From: Actinomycetota bacterium
GTDB lineage: Bacteria > Actinomycetota > CADDZG01 > JAHWKV01
DNA: 64,000 bases
Direction of reading: 5' to 3'
Assembly (NCBI GenBank): GCA_046262935.1
Contig: JBHELT010000074.1
Coordinates: 13,251 to 77,250, forward strand
Below are positions 47,895 to 57,908 of this stretch, in pieces. The notes beneath the pieces are model-generated. The model saw only the letters and a program-made list of their open reading frames with translations. It did no database searches and had not been told where the DNA came from. Positions within the stretch are counted from its first letter, which is position 1. Each line of letters starts with the position of its first letter. The position numbers and the translations under genes were made by a program.

Positions 47895-48763
47895 TCAACC
47901 TCTGCCTGGCTACGTTCAGAACGAGGTGCGCCCAGAGCGATCGTAACGATGCCCTCGTTCAAGGAACCTCTTCGGTACCCTTCCTCGTCGAGCGTCACTT
48001 CGCCAAATCCCATATTCAAAAGTGCCGTCTGAATCTCAAATGACGATGCCTTCAGAAGATCGAGCTCATCTTTGCCAACTTCAACGCGAGCGCGATCGTT
48101 GCCAAGGTCTCTGACCCGAAGAACCCGCAAGCCCGCTTCACGCAGGTATTCTTCGGCCCCCTCTACCCTGGCAAGGCCCTCGCGGGTGATCCCAACGCCA
48201 TAAGCGAATCTGCTTGCCAAACAAGCAGAGGCCGGTTTGGCCGACGTCGCAAGACCCAGAAGATCTGAAGCCCTTCGGATATCTTGCTTCGTCAACCCGA
48301 CATCCAGCATCGGATGCAAAGCGCCAGCCTCATCGGCAGCTACCTGCCCCGGTCTATGGTCCCCGATATCGTCGGCGTTGGTCCCAAGCAGCACTGGAAA
48401 ACCTGTCTCGGTCGCGAGCGGTGCCAGCGCGGTGAATAACTCGACTTTGCAGAAGTAACATCGGTTAGTGGGATTGGCTGCGTAATCGCTGGAACTGAGC
48501 TCATCGGTGGGCACGACAATATGTTTCCAACCTCGCGAATGGGCGAGACCTATGCAATCGAGAAGTTCCCTTCGAGGCAATGAGGCCGAATCGGCGGTCA
48601 CGGCGATGAAGCGATCACCCAATCGGCGATGGGCAACCTCTGAAAGGAAGGCACTATCGACGCCGCCTGAGAACGCGACGATCGCCCCTGGCAACTCGCC
48701 AACTCTGCGGTGTAGCTCATCCAACCTGTTCTCGAAACTCATGGGTCCATTTTTCCGCATCAT
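47891..48763 (-). CDS. PP-loop ATP pyrophosphatase of the LarE/TIGR00268 family (ATP-dependent sulfur transferase-like)
   Basis: PP-loop AFSGGVDSAFL, conserved CYFCK and ACLASRF cysteines. Confidence 0.65.
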   Translation of the reverse strand: MMRKNGPMSFENRLDELHRRVGELPGAIVAFSGGVDSAFLSEVAHRRLGDRFIAVTADSASLPRRELLDCIGLAHSRGWKHIVVPTDELSSSDYAANPTNRCYFCKVELFTALAPLATETGFPVLLGTNADDIGDHRPGQVAADEAGALHPMLDVGLTKQDIRRASDLLGLATSAKPASACLASRFAYGVGITREGLARVEGAEEYLREAGLRVLRVRDLGNDRARVEVGKDELDLLKASSFEIQTALLNMGFGEVTLDEEGYRRGSLNEGIVTIALGAPRSERSQAEVD

Positions 48764-48807
48764 GGGCAGGTACGATAGGCCGCCATTCGAGAAAGGGCCG
48801 GAACCTA

Positions 48808-49710
48808 GTGTCGCCTGCGGTGATCGAGGTCGAGAACCTCACCAAGATCTACGATGGGATCAAGGTCGTCGATTCATTGACGTTCAGGGTCGAAAAGGGT
48901 TCCTTGTGTGCTCTGCTCGGACCCAATGGAGCAGGCAAGACAACCACAGTCGAGATCCTCGAGGGTTACCGCAAACCAGACTCGGGCTCGGTTCGGGTAT
49001 TGGGCCACGACCCTTGGAGCACCGGAGGGGAACTCAAAAAACGTGTCGGGCTGATGCTTCAAGAAGGTGGCGTCTACCCTGGGATCCGGGTTGCGGAAGC
49101 CGCACGCCTGTTCGGTTCCTACTATGACAACCCAGTCTCGGTTGATGAAGCCATCGCGTCGGTAGGACTGACCGGGTATGAAAAGCGAAAGGTCAGGGGT
49201 CTTTCCGGCGGCGAGAAACAGCGATTGAATCTGGCTCTCGCGTTGATAGGCAAGCCCGAGGTTCTGTTCCTCGATGAACCGACATCGGGTATGGACCCCC
49301 ACGCCAGGGCATCGACGTGGGAGCGAATACAAGATCTCAAACGCAGCGGCGTGAGCATCTTGCTCACAACCCACTTCCTCGAAGAGGCCGAGAATCTGGC
49401 CGATACGGTTGCCATCATCGACGAGGGCAGGCTCATCGAGGAAGGTCAATTGGCCGACCTCCTCTCCGTCGGCAAACACTTCGAATTCAAGACCGATCAA
49501 CCCATAGATGCAGCCTCTTTGTCAGATCACCTCGGAGCGAAGGTGGTTTCGAACGTTGCCATGAGCTATGTCGTCGAGGCCGCGCCGACACCAAGCCTGA
49601 TCGCCCTGACCGCCGATTTCGTTTCATCTCACCAGGCCTTGATCACAGAACTCAAGACGGGACGCGTCTCTCTTGAATCGGTCTTCATGAAACTCACCTC
49701 AACCAAGTAG
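48808..49710 (+). CDS. ABC transporter ATP-binding protein (ABC-2/DrrA-like)
   Basis: Walker A GPNGAGKTT, signature LSGGEKQRLNLALAL, Walker B LFLDEPTSGMD. Confidence 0.9.
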   Translation: MSPAVIEVENLTKIYDGIKVVDSLTFRVEKGSLCALLGPNGAGKTTTVEILEGYRKPDSGSVRVLGHDPWSTGGELKKRVGLMLQEGGVYPGIRVAEAARLFGSYYDNPVSVDEAIASVGLTGYEKRKVRGLSGGEKQRLNLALALIGKPEVLFLDEPTSGMDPHARASTWERIQDLKRSGVSILLTTHFLEEAENLADTVAIIDEGRLIEEGQLADLLSVGKHFEFKTDQPIDAASLSDHLGAKVVSNVAMSYVVEAAPTPSLIALTADFVSSHQALITELKTGRVSLESVFMKLTSTK

Positions 49711-49731
49711 GAGGCTCTTACGAAAGCGCTA

Positions 49732-50439
49732 ATGGCACAGAGCCGCATCGAATTCATCATGACTCTAAGGCGTGGAGAGAGCCTGCTGGTCACGATCGGC
49801 ATCCCTGCGGGATTGCTACTGCTCTTCTCACTGATACCGATCACAAGTACGAGCAAGCATCCCGTTGACCTTCTGCTGGCTGGAACACTTGCCATCGCCG
49901 TCATGGCATCGGCCATGGTGAGTCTTGGGATCTCGACCGGCTACGAGCGGCACTACTTGGTTCTCAAGCGCCTAGGAGGTACTCCCCTTGGACGAGCCCG
50001 CCTGATCGCGGCAAAGATCATCACCATCCTTGCGATCGAGGTATTGCAGACGATCCTTTTGATCGGCCTAGCTATATTTGTTTTGCATGCTCATAACAAC
50101 ATCTCTTGGGCCGCTCTGGGGGCAACGATCCTTCTTGGCACTGCCGCGTTCGCGGGGATCGGTTCATCGATGGCTGGCCGTCTTCGCGCCGAAGCCAATT
50201 TGACCGCAGCGAACGCTCTGTTCTTACTTCTTCTGGTATTTGGCGGCTCGGTGGTTCCGCTCAGCCGTCTTCCCCATGCGCTCGCGGCTGTCGCCCGCGC
50301 CCTTCCGGCAGCGCCGCTAACCGAGATGATGAAATGGGCCGTGCGGGGTGGAGCTATCCCGTTTCACTCGTTGATCGTGCTGTCGGCCTGGGCCGTGATC
50401 ACTCTGGTTCTCGCGATCAAAACTTTCTCTTGGGAATGA
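49732..50439 (+). CDS. ABC-2 family transporter permease
   Basis: Six predicted TM helices; adjacent to the ABC-2 ATPase. Confidence 0.75.
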   Translation: MAQSRIEFIMTLRRGESLLVTIGIPAGLLLLFSLIPITSTSKHPVDLLLAGTLAIAVMASAMVSLGISTGYERHYLVLKRLGGTPLGRARLIAAKIITILAIEVLQTILLIGLAIFVLHAHNNISWAALGATILLGTAAFAGIGSSMAGRLRAEANLTAANALFLLLLVFGGSVVPLSRLPHALAAVARALPAAPLTEMMKWAVRGGAIPFHSLIVLSAWAVITLVLAIKTFSWE

Positions 50440-50454
50440 GGCCTGCGCTTCTTG

Positions 50455-52455
50455 CTACTTGGGGACGGCTATCCCGATGTTCGGCCAGGAAACGGTGAAC
50501 AATGCAGCGATCGCCAGTATGGGGATCGTCGTCCACGCAAGCTCCGAAGCTATCCGGGAACCCTTGCGATAACGAGCAACCGAAGCAACGATCGCTGTCT
50601 CGAAAGTTATGAACAACGCCGCAGCCACTATCGATACGGGCGCGTACAACCAGGTTAGGCTCGGCGCCGCTAACGCCCTGTCGATAGCTGCTCCCACGAA
50701 CAGCAGAACCAGATAGGTAAGCGAGAAATGGAACAAGGCCATCGCCGATCTTGGCGTAGGCCACCGTCGAAGGCGGATAGCGAAGAAGGCGAAGGCCGGT
50801 CCAAGGATGCAAGCGACCAACAGGTACATGGTCCCCATGTGCGCGACCGGATACAGCAGCAGACTCGTCGCGATGAGCACGAACGAGTAAAGCAAGATCT
50901 GCCGAGTAGTTTCCGCAACCCCGTGCACCACAGGGAGCATCGGTATCCCCGCGGCCGCATACTCGTCTTTATGTCTGAGCGACAGGGCCCAGAAGTGCGG
51001 TGGTGTCCAGTAGAAAACGATCGCGAACAATATCCAAGCGGGCGCGGACAATCCTCCAGTCACTGCGGCCCACCCAACTAGAACGGGAACAGCTCCCGCC
51101 GCGCCACCGATGACGATGTTCGACGGGGTTCGCCTCTTCATACCGATCGTGTAGACGAAGACGTAGAACAAGATCGCAGACGTCGCCAGAACTGCGGAAA
51201 GAAGGTTGACCAGGGCCGCGAGCCAACCGAACCCGGCGATACCAAGAACGATCCCGAATCGCAGCGCAGCGCGTGGATCAACTTGGTGTAATGGCAAGGG
51301 TCGCCCTGCGGTTCGTGGCATCTTCTCGTCGATGTCGCGGTCGACGTAACAATTGATCGAGTTGGCAGAACCTGCGGTGAGCGAACCTCCGAACAAAGTC
51401 GAAATGATCAGCCACCAAGAAGGATGACCCTTGCCAGCGATGACCATGGCTGGCACGGTAGTGATTAGAAGAAGTTCGATGATCCTTGGCTTCGTGAGCA
51501 TGAAGTAAGCCTTGGCCTTGTCGAGATTGGACGCCTCTATCGGGGTCAACCTTTCGCTCTGACTGCTGGTTGCCCGATCCTGAGCCGGGCTGATCCGGTA
51601 GGAAAGGGTTGCGAACGCAACCGTCATCGCCCACAGGATGGCCGAGGTCGTTACATGAGCCACGATCGCCCAAGGCTCAGACCTCGTAAACACGTTCAAC
51701 GCGCCAAAGGCAACTTGGACCGCCCATAGCAACGACATCGAATGCGCAAGCATCACCAACGCTCGCTCGCGTTTCGCGCTTTGCTTAACTCTGATCGACA
51801 GATGGATCAGGGTGATCCCAAGCAGCGCGGCCGCGATGCGGTGGCCATAGTGAAGCCAACCAAGTGCCCCTCCAGAGGGAAAGACTCCGCCATTCACCAG
51901 GGGCCAGTCCGGGTACACAAGTGCGGCGTGGAATTGAGATACGAATGCCCCAACTACCAAGACCGTACCAACAGCCCCAAGAGCAACAAGACCATGTCGT
52001 GACACTGGATCGAATGCTCCGCCCTTGGGGCGGAACGAATTGACGGCCGTATACACAAGTAACGCCAGCAGAGCCGATGCAACGACGAAGTGCAGCACTA
52101 CAGCGATCGACGTGAGATCGGCAACCACAACCAACCCTCCGATCCCTCCCTGCGCGAACACGAGGACGAGGGCCAGGAAACAGGGCCAGAAGATCGTTTT
52201 CACCGGACGGAACTTGAGCCACGCGTAGATAGCCAGAATGGTCACGAGCGCAACGACCAGCGAAGCAGCGACCCTGTGAGAGAACTCGATCGCAACGTTG
52301 ACGGAATCCAGCCGCGGGAGAAACTTGCCGTGGCAATGTGGCCAGTCGTTGCCGCACCCGAGTCCGGACTTAGTTGCCCTAACAAGCGCGCCGATCCCGA
52401 TCTGGATGGCGGTCATCACCGCCGCGGCTACCGTGAGATTTTGTAGGCGCTTCAA
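50455..52455 (-). CDS. ctaA-ctaB: fused heme A synthase (CtaA/COX15, N-terminal) – protoheme IX farnesyltransferase (CtaB/CyoE, C-terminal), 666 aa
   Basis: N-terminal GLGCGNDWPHCHG Cys-loop and His-containing TM helices of CtaA; C-terminal UbiA-family motif NCYVDRDIDEKMPRTAGRPLP of heme O synthase. Confidence 0.8.
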   Translation of the reverse strand: MKRLQNLTVAAAVMTAIQIGIGALVRATKSGLGCGNDWPHCHGKFLPRLDSVNVAIEFSHRVAASLVVALVTILAIYAWLKFRPVKTIFWPCFLALVLVFAQGGIGGLVVVADLTSIAVVLHFVVASALLALLVYTAVNSFRPKGGAFDPVSRHGLVALGAVGTVLVVGAFVSQFHAALVYPDWPLVNGGVFPSGGALGWLHYGHRIAAALLGITLIHLSIRVKQSAKRERALVMLAHSMSLLWAVQVAFGALNVFTRSEPWAIVAHVTTSAILWAMTVAFATLSYRISPAQDRATSSQSERLTPIEASNLDKAKAYFMLTKPRIIELLLITTVPAMVIAGKGHPSWWLIISTLFGGSLTAGSANSINCYVDRDIDEKMPRTAGRPLPLHQVDPRAALRFGIVLGIAGFGWLAALVNLLSAVLATSAILFYVFVYTIGMKRRTPSNIVIGGAAGAVPVLVGWAAVTGGLSAPAWILFAIVFYWTPPHFWALSLRHKDEYAAAGIPMLPVVHGVAETTRQILLYSFVLIATSLLLYPVAHMGTMYLLVACILGPAFAFFAIRLRRWPTPRSAMALFHFSLTYLVLLFVGAAIDRALAAPSLTWLYAPVSIVAAALFITFETAIVASVARYRKGSRIASELAWTTIPILAIAALFTVSWPNIGIAVPK

Positions 52456-52468
52456 ACTGCCTTCTTTT

Positions 52469-53095
52469 CTAAGTGACGGTTAGCTTGCCGTTCATCTGCT
52501 GAGGATGCACCTGGCATTCGAAGAAATAGGTCCCGGGCTTGAGGTCGGGCCCCTCAACCTTGACTGACTTTGGTCCTGTGATGATGTCGGTTTTGAACAG
52601 TGGAGGGTCACTCGAACCCTCGGCAACCAGGATCGCGAAGTTATGCGGGACCGATTCTTGGTTGTTGAACTTAAGCTCGAAGGTTCCTGCCGCCAGGGTG
52701 ATCTCTTTCTTGTCGAAAGTCGCGTCCTTGGCGTTGATCTCGATAGAGCGTCCCGCCCCTGAAGGCTGAGACTGTTTCGGGCCTTCAGCCGCAGCTTTCA
52801 TAGGGACTTTGACCTCGACCGCCCCGGCAGCTACTGCCGCCCCGATGAGCACCGGGACAAGCGCTACCCCGATCACCGGAACAAGTTGCATCCGGCTCAA
52901 TTTTGAACGGGCTGAAAGGAAGGCAAAAACGACCATCAGATTGAATGCGGTCATAAGGGCTACAGCGGTCGCGATCTGCTTGGGGACATTGAGCAGAACT
53001 CGAGAAAGCGTGAATGCGATCACGAAGATCGAACCTAACGCGATGATCGGGATCGCCACAGGCAGGATCACACGATCGCGCATCTGTTCATTCAT
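52469..53095 (-). CDS. membrane-anchored cupredoxin (plastocyanin/amicyanin-like type-1 copper protein)
   Basis: Type-1 Cu ligand set: H in VPHNF, then C, H, M in PGTYFFECQVHPQQMNG; N-terminal TM helices. Confidence 0.7.
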   Translation of the reverse strand: MNEQMRDRVILPVAIPIIALGSIFVIAFTLSRVLLNVPKQIATAVALMTAFNLMVVFAFLSARSKLSRMQLVPVIGVALVPVLIGAAVAAGAVEVKVPMKAAAEGPKQSQPSGAGRSIEINAKDATFDKKEITLAAGTFELKFNNQESVPHNFAILVAEGSSDPPLFKTDIITGPKSVKVEGPDLKPGTYFFECQVHPQQMNGKLTVT

Positions 53096-53117
53096 AGATC
53101 CACCATTCCTATCGACC

Positions 53118-53990
53118 CTATGGGCCCGTTTGGCCGGATTGATTGACCTTCAATTCAAGGTCCTGCCACTCGACCTCGTCAGGGGTCCCCTTCTCTTCCT
53201 TCGAGGACCAGCGGAAGAATAGCACCGCGATAACCCCCCAAAGAAGAAAACCACCGAACAGTTTCATGGTTAGTCCTGCGATGCGTTGGTCGGCGAGCGC
53301 CGAGAACCCTGCGAACAGTCGCGGAGCCTTTATGTAGAACGCGTACATGGGTGTCTCACCGAAGGTCAAGAACGATGCCGGAACGGTCGGTACGATCGTC
53401 TGCCCGAACAAGTAGAGCATCTGAGCTGGATTCGAGATGCGCGCGATCTCGGGCAATGGACTGAATACGGGCCACCACATGATGATCGCCGTGAAAAAAA
53501 GCCCGGCGTGGGCCAAGAAGTGAAGTGGGTGATTCACCAGTACTGCATCGACGAAAGCTGGCGAGTGACTGATCACCAGATAGCCGTTGAATAAGAGCAA
53601 CGCAGGGATCGGTCTCGTCAACTTCTTCATGATGAACATCACCGGCTTGGGGCCAAGGACCCGGCGAGCCATCCAATGAGGAATCCCCAACAATATGAGC
53701 GGAGCCCCAACCAGAGAAAAGATCAGATGCTGGAACATATGAACGCTGAACAGATACTGCTCGGCCATGTCGTGGATCGGCCAGCTGGCTCCTATCCAAA
53801 GAGCGCTCATCCCCCCCAAGAAGCATCCGACCTGCAGACGCGATACAGGCTTTTCGCCGGGTTCGACCGACGACTCCCCCCACCTAGCCACCAGCAGGGC
53901 ATAGATCGCGAGGCCCGCGAGCATCATCGCCCACACTTCGTAGTGAGGATGCCAGCCGAGTAGGTCCTGGAAAGATGCGGTTGAAGCGAG
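53118..53990 (-). CDS. ctaG: caa3-type cytochrome c oxidase assembly factor CtaG (Caa3_CtaG family)
   Basis: HMFQHLIFSLVGAPLILLG motif in a polytopic membrane protein; the tracked ORF (to 54170) overlaps ctaF, so the start is internal (exact start uncertain, near 53927-53990). Confidence 0.6.
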   Translation of the reverse strand, partial: LASTASFQDLLGWHPHYEVWAMMLAGLAIYALLVARWGESSVEPGEKPVSRLQVGCFLGGMSALWIGASWPIHDMAEQYLFSVHMFQHLIFSLVGAPLILLGIPHWMARRVLGPKPVMFIMKKLTRPIPALLLFNGYLVISHSPAFVDAVLVNHPLHFLAHAGLFFTAIIMWWPVFSPLPEIARISNPAQMLYLFGQTIVPTVPASFLTFGETPMYAFYIKAPRLFAGFSALADQRIAGLTMKLFGGFLLWGVIAVLFFRWSSKEEKGTPDEVEWQDLELKVNQSGQTGP

Positions 53991-54006
53991 CGCCGAGATC
54001 AATCCA

Positions 54007-54315
54007 CTAGCCGATCGGTGACCCCGGCCTCTGCACGATCGTGAAGGTAACAAGGACGATACCGAACACGATGATCGCAAGAACGATGCCAAGCACGAAC
54101 AGTCGCTTGAAAACCTTGCTGTCGAACCGCAGATGCATGAACCACGATGCGACAAGAATGAATTTGACAAGGGCCATGCTCAGCAGAACCGGAACGATGA
54201 TGGGTCGCATCGCTTTCACGTAGTAAACAGCGACCTCAGCTGCGGTGACCACAGCCAAGATGGCGGCGATCTTCATGTATTGAATGTCACTGGGATGCTT
54301 ATGCGTCTGTTCCAT
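54007..54315 (-). CDS. ctaF: cytochrome c oxidase subunit IV (bacterial CtaF)
   Basis: ~100 aa, 3 TM helices, PSDIQYMKIAAILAVVTAAEVAVYY; position between ctaE and ctaG. Confidence 0.65.
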   Translation of the reverse strand: MEQTHKHPSDIQYMKIAAILAVVTAAEVAVYYVKAMRPIIVPVLLSMALVKFILVASWFMHLRFDSKVFKRLFVLGIVLAIIVFGIVLVTFTIVQRPGSPIG

Positions 54316-54328
54316 CGGGGTCTCCGCG

Positions 54329-54988
54329 CTAAGGGATCAGATAAACGACAGTGAAGATGACGATCCAAACGATATCGACGAAGTGCCAATAAAGACCGAT
54401 CAGCTCGACCTTTCGAGCATCTTGCTCTGACAACTTCCCAAGGTGAGAAAGTCCAACCAAAGAAAGCAGCATCAAGATACCGATGGTCACATGGGCGCCA
54501 TGAAATCCCGTGAGAACAAAGAATGACGACCCGAAGTTGCTCGTCTTGAGCGTTAGGCCCTCTTTGACGAAACCGGTGAACTCATAGATCTGGCCGCCGA
54601 TGAAGGTGCACCCAAGCAGGGCGGTGGCCAGCAGCCAAGCACGCATGCGTTTGTGGTCGCCTCGTTGGATCGCTGCAAGCGCCAGGACCATTGTCAAACT
54701 GCTCATCAGAAGAACGAATGACGAGACCGAGGTGTATGGGATGTCGTAGAGCTGATGTGGCTTGGGGCCCGAAAGAGAGTGGTGCTTGTAGAGCAGGTAT
54801 GCCGATATCAGGGAGCCGAAGAAAAGACACTCGGACCCAAGGAATGCCCACATCGCGAGCTTGGTGTTGTCGAGACCGGTGTAGGTCTCGTGAGCCCCAT
54901 GCTCTTCGTGGCCGTGATGCTCGATGGCGGTTGAATCTTGCACTTGCTGTCTCCTACTCTTCCGCCGCTGGTTCAAGGACCCATCCAT
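54329..54988 (-). CDS. ctaE: cytochrome c oxidase subunit III (CtaE)
   Basis: AMWAFLGSECLFFGSLISAYLLY, WHFVDIVWIVIFTVVY. Confidence 0.85.
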   Translation of the reverse strand: MDGSLNQRRKSRRQQVQDSTAIEHHGHEEHGAHETYTGLDNTKLAMWAFLGSECLFFGSLISAYLLYKHHSLSGPKPHQLYDIPYTSVSSFVLLMSSLTMVLALAAIQRGDHKRMRAWLLATALLGCTFIGGQIYEFTGFVKEGLTLKTSNFGSSFFVLTGFHGAHVTIGILMLLSLVGLSHLGKLSEQDARKVELIGLYWHFVDIVWIVIFTVVYLIP

Positions 54989-56819
54989 ACAGCCCAGCCA
55001 GAAGAACGAAGCCTCCGAAGATGCCCAGCCACCAACTATGCATCATGACCGCGTAGGCCATCAGTGGAAGTCCTACCGCCGCGACCATCGGGAAATATGA
55101 AGGCGACGGCATGTGTATATGCAGTTCCTGGGCATCTGCGTGTTCCTCACCGTGATCGCTAGCACCGGCGGGAACAGGCATCGGCCGACCCCGCTTGTCT
55201 TCGGTGTACTTCTGGTGCCAAAAGTCGTCACGATCGTGCACCCGCGGGATGGTTGCAAAGTTGTACTCAGGAGGCGGCGAAGGGATCGTCCACTCGAGGG
55301 TGCGGCCGTCCCACGGGTCCCCAGTCGCCTTGTGCCCTTTGCGTTTACTGTGAACGAAGTTGTACATGAACACCAAGATCGAAGCGGCGATCATAAAGGC
55401 GCCAACGGTCGAAACCATGTTCCACAGATCCCAACCGCGCCCGGAAGGGTAGGTGTAGATGCGACGCGACATCCCCTTCAATCCGAGGATGTGGAATGGC
55501 CCAAAAGTGACGTTGAATCCGATGATCATCAGCCAGAAGTGGATCTTGCCAAGGGTTTCATTCATCAGCCTTCCGGTGAACTTAGGGAACCAGTAGTAGA
55601 TGCCCGAGAACAACCCGAAGATGGCGCCCCCGAACAGTACGTAATGGAAGTGGGCCACTATGTAGTAAGTGTCGGTCTGCTGGGTGTCGTGCGGCACGAT
55701 CGAGTGCGTGACTCCAGAAAGGCCCCCGATGATGAACATGGCCACGAAACCGATCGAGAAAAGCATCGGCGACTTGAACCTGAGTGACCCGCGATGCAGC
55801 GTTGCTATCCAGTTGAAGATCTTTACGCCTGTTGGAACGGCGATGAACATGGTCGAGGTAGCGAAGGCGGCGTTGGCCGCGGTCCCCAAGCCGACGGCGA
55901 ACATGTGATGAGCCCAAACGCCCCATCCCATGAACCCGATGGCGATACCCGAGAAGACAACCGCCGAGTAACCGAACAGCGGCTTGCGTGAGAAGGTTGG
56001 CAGCACTTCGCTGACTATTCCCATGGCGGGCAAGATCAAGATGTAAACCTCCGGATGACCGAACAACCAGAACAGGTGCTGCCAAAGAACGGGATCACCA
56101 CCCGCAGCCGGGTTGAAGAAGTTGGCCCCGAAGTTACGATCGAAAGTCATCATGAATAGCGCAACAGCGATGATCGGCATTGCGAACAGAAGCAAGAAGT
56201 TGACCACCAGGGTCATCCACACGAACACCGGCAAACGCAGCAAAGACATACCAGGGGCTCGCATGTTGATGATGGTCACTATGAAGTTGGCCGAGGCAAC
56301 GATCGAAGCCAGTCCAAGGATCTGAAGGCCAAGGGCGTAAAAGTCGATGCGATGTCCCGGCGAGAAGGCGCTAGACAAAGGCGCGTAGTTGAACCATCCG
56401 CCGTCGGGGGCTCCACCCAGGAACCAACTCGAATAGATGAAGAGGCCCCCGAAGAGAAAGACCCAATAGCTGAACGCGTTCAGGCGTGGGAAGGCAACGT
56501 CTCTCGCCCCGATCATCAGGGGCAGCAGATAGTTGAAGAACGCCGCCCCCAGAGGCATAACAACCAAGAAGATCATCGTCACGCCATGTGTCGTGAACAA
56601 TTGGTTATAAAGATCAGCGCTCACCACATGACCGTTGGGCTTGGCCAACTGCAGTCGAATGAGCATCGCTTCGAGCCCACCCAATATGAAGAAGAAGAAC
56701 GCGGTGTAGCCATACATCAGGCCTATACGTTTGTGGTCAACCGTTGTCACCCAGCTCGAGATGCCAGTCTTCGCCGAAGGACGGCGGAATGGAACAGGAA
56801 GCTCGCCAGCCAAAGCCAT
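54954..56819 (-). CDS. ctaD: cytochrome c oxidase subunit I (CtaD)
   Basis: WFFGHPEVYILILP, HHMFAVG, canonical 12+ TM helices; 621 aa. Confidence 0.95.
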   Translation of the reverse strand: MALAGELPVPFRRPSAKTGISSWVTTVDHKRIGLMYGYTAFFFFILGGLEAMLIRLQLAKPNGHVVSADLYNQLFTTHGVTMIFLVVMPLGAAFFNYLLPLMIGARDVAFPRLNAFSYWVFLFGGLFIYSSWFLGGAPDGGWFNYAPLSSAFSPGHRIDFYALGLQILGLASIVASANFIVTIINMRAPGMSLLRLPVFVWMTLVVNFLLLFAMPIIAVALFMMTFDRNFGANFFNPAAGGDPVLWQHLFWLFGHPEVYILILPAMGIVSEVLPTFSRKPLFGYSAVVFSGIAIGFMGWGVWAHHMFAVGLGTAANAAFATSTMFIAVPTGVKIFNWIATLHRGSLRFKSPMLFSIGFVAMFIIGGLSGVTHSIVPHDTQQTDTYYIVAHFHYVLFGGAIFGLFSGIYYWFPKFTGRLMNETLGKIHFWLMIIGFNVTFGPFHILGLKGMSRRIYTYPSGRGWDLWNMVSTVGAFMIAASILVFMYNFVHSKRKGHKATGDPWDGRTLEWTIPSPPPEYNFATIPRVHDRDDFWHQKYTEDKRGRPMPVPAGASDHGEEHADAQELHIHMPSPSYFPMVAAVGLPLMAYAVMMHSWWLGIFGGFVLLAGLYGWVLEPAAEE

Positions 56820-56832
56820 CAGTTAGCTCCGT

Positions 56833-57860
56833 TCATTTCAAACTCAGAAGGTAAGCGGTCAAAGCGTCGATGTCGTCTTGACTCAGATGATAGTTGGGCA
56901 TCTTCGAACCTGGCTTGCGAGCGGGCGGGTTGGCCAGCCACTTCGAGACCGCGTCGGCATTGATATCGAAGATAGAACCTGCGAATGTGCCGCGGCTGGC
57001 GAAGTGGGTGAGGTTGGGACCAACGATCCCAGCCGCCGTGGTCCCCTTGACCGTGTGACATCCAACGCAGGGACCGTTCACGAAAACTTGCTCACCTTGT
57101 TGTGCCAGGCTCGTTTCGGGAGCTACTCGGTCTTTAGTTTGGTCCGACACCCAGGTGTCGAAATCCGATGCTTCGTCGGCGAAGACCCTGTTTCGCATGT
57201 TCGCGTGAGACGCACCGCAATACTCAACGCACTCACCAACGAATTGCCCTTTGACCGGCGAAGAGATGGTCATATGGTTGATGCGTCCAGGAACCACGTC
57301 CTGTTTACCCGCAAGTTTGGGGACCCAGTAGCTGTGGATGACGTCGACAGACTCGAGGGTTAAGTAGACAGGCCGGCCGACGGGGATATGCAATTCATTG
57401 GCGGTTGTCACTCCCAAGGTCGGATATCGATATTCCCACCACCACTGATGGCCGATAACTGTCACTTCCAAGGGGTTGTCCTTCGGTTTGGCCGAGATGT
57501 CGTAGATCCCTTTGATCGTAGGAACCGCGATCCCGGAAAGAAGCAGGACCGGGATCAGTGTCCATGCGATCTCGGCCTTGTGGTTTCCGTGCACCTGTTT
57601 GGGAGCATCCCGAGAGGACTTCTGCCGGTATCGCACGATCACGAATAGCAAAGCCCCCTCGACCAGCACGAAAACAACCGCCGCGATACCGAAGGTCAAT
57701 CTCCAAAGAGAGTCTTCGCGCTTCGCGATGGCGCCCACCGGATGCAGGAAGTTCTGCGGGGCATCACGTGAGCAGCCGATGAGCAAGAACATCAGCCCAA
57801 CAGCGAACAAGGTCGCTAGGAACTTTGGCCGCGCGAAATGAGGTTTCCTGCTGAGATTCA
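56833..57860 (-). CDS. ctaC: cytochrome c oxidase subunit II with C-terminal cytochrome c domain (caa3-type CtaC)
   Basis: CuA site HSYWVPKLAGK...CVEYCGASHANM and heme-c site CVGCH. Start probably a GTG near 57858 (VNLSRKPHF...LIGCS lipoprotein-type signal) rather than the tracked 57990, which would overlap the divergent gene. Confidence 0.8.
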
Positions 57861-57908
57861 CGGTGCTGGATGCTAACAGAGCGCGGGGATGGTTACAGTT
57901 AAGGAACT

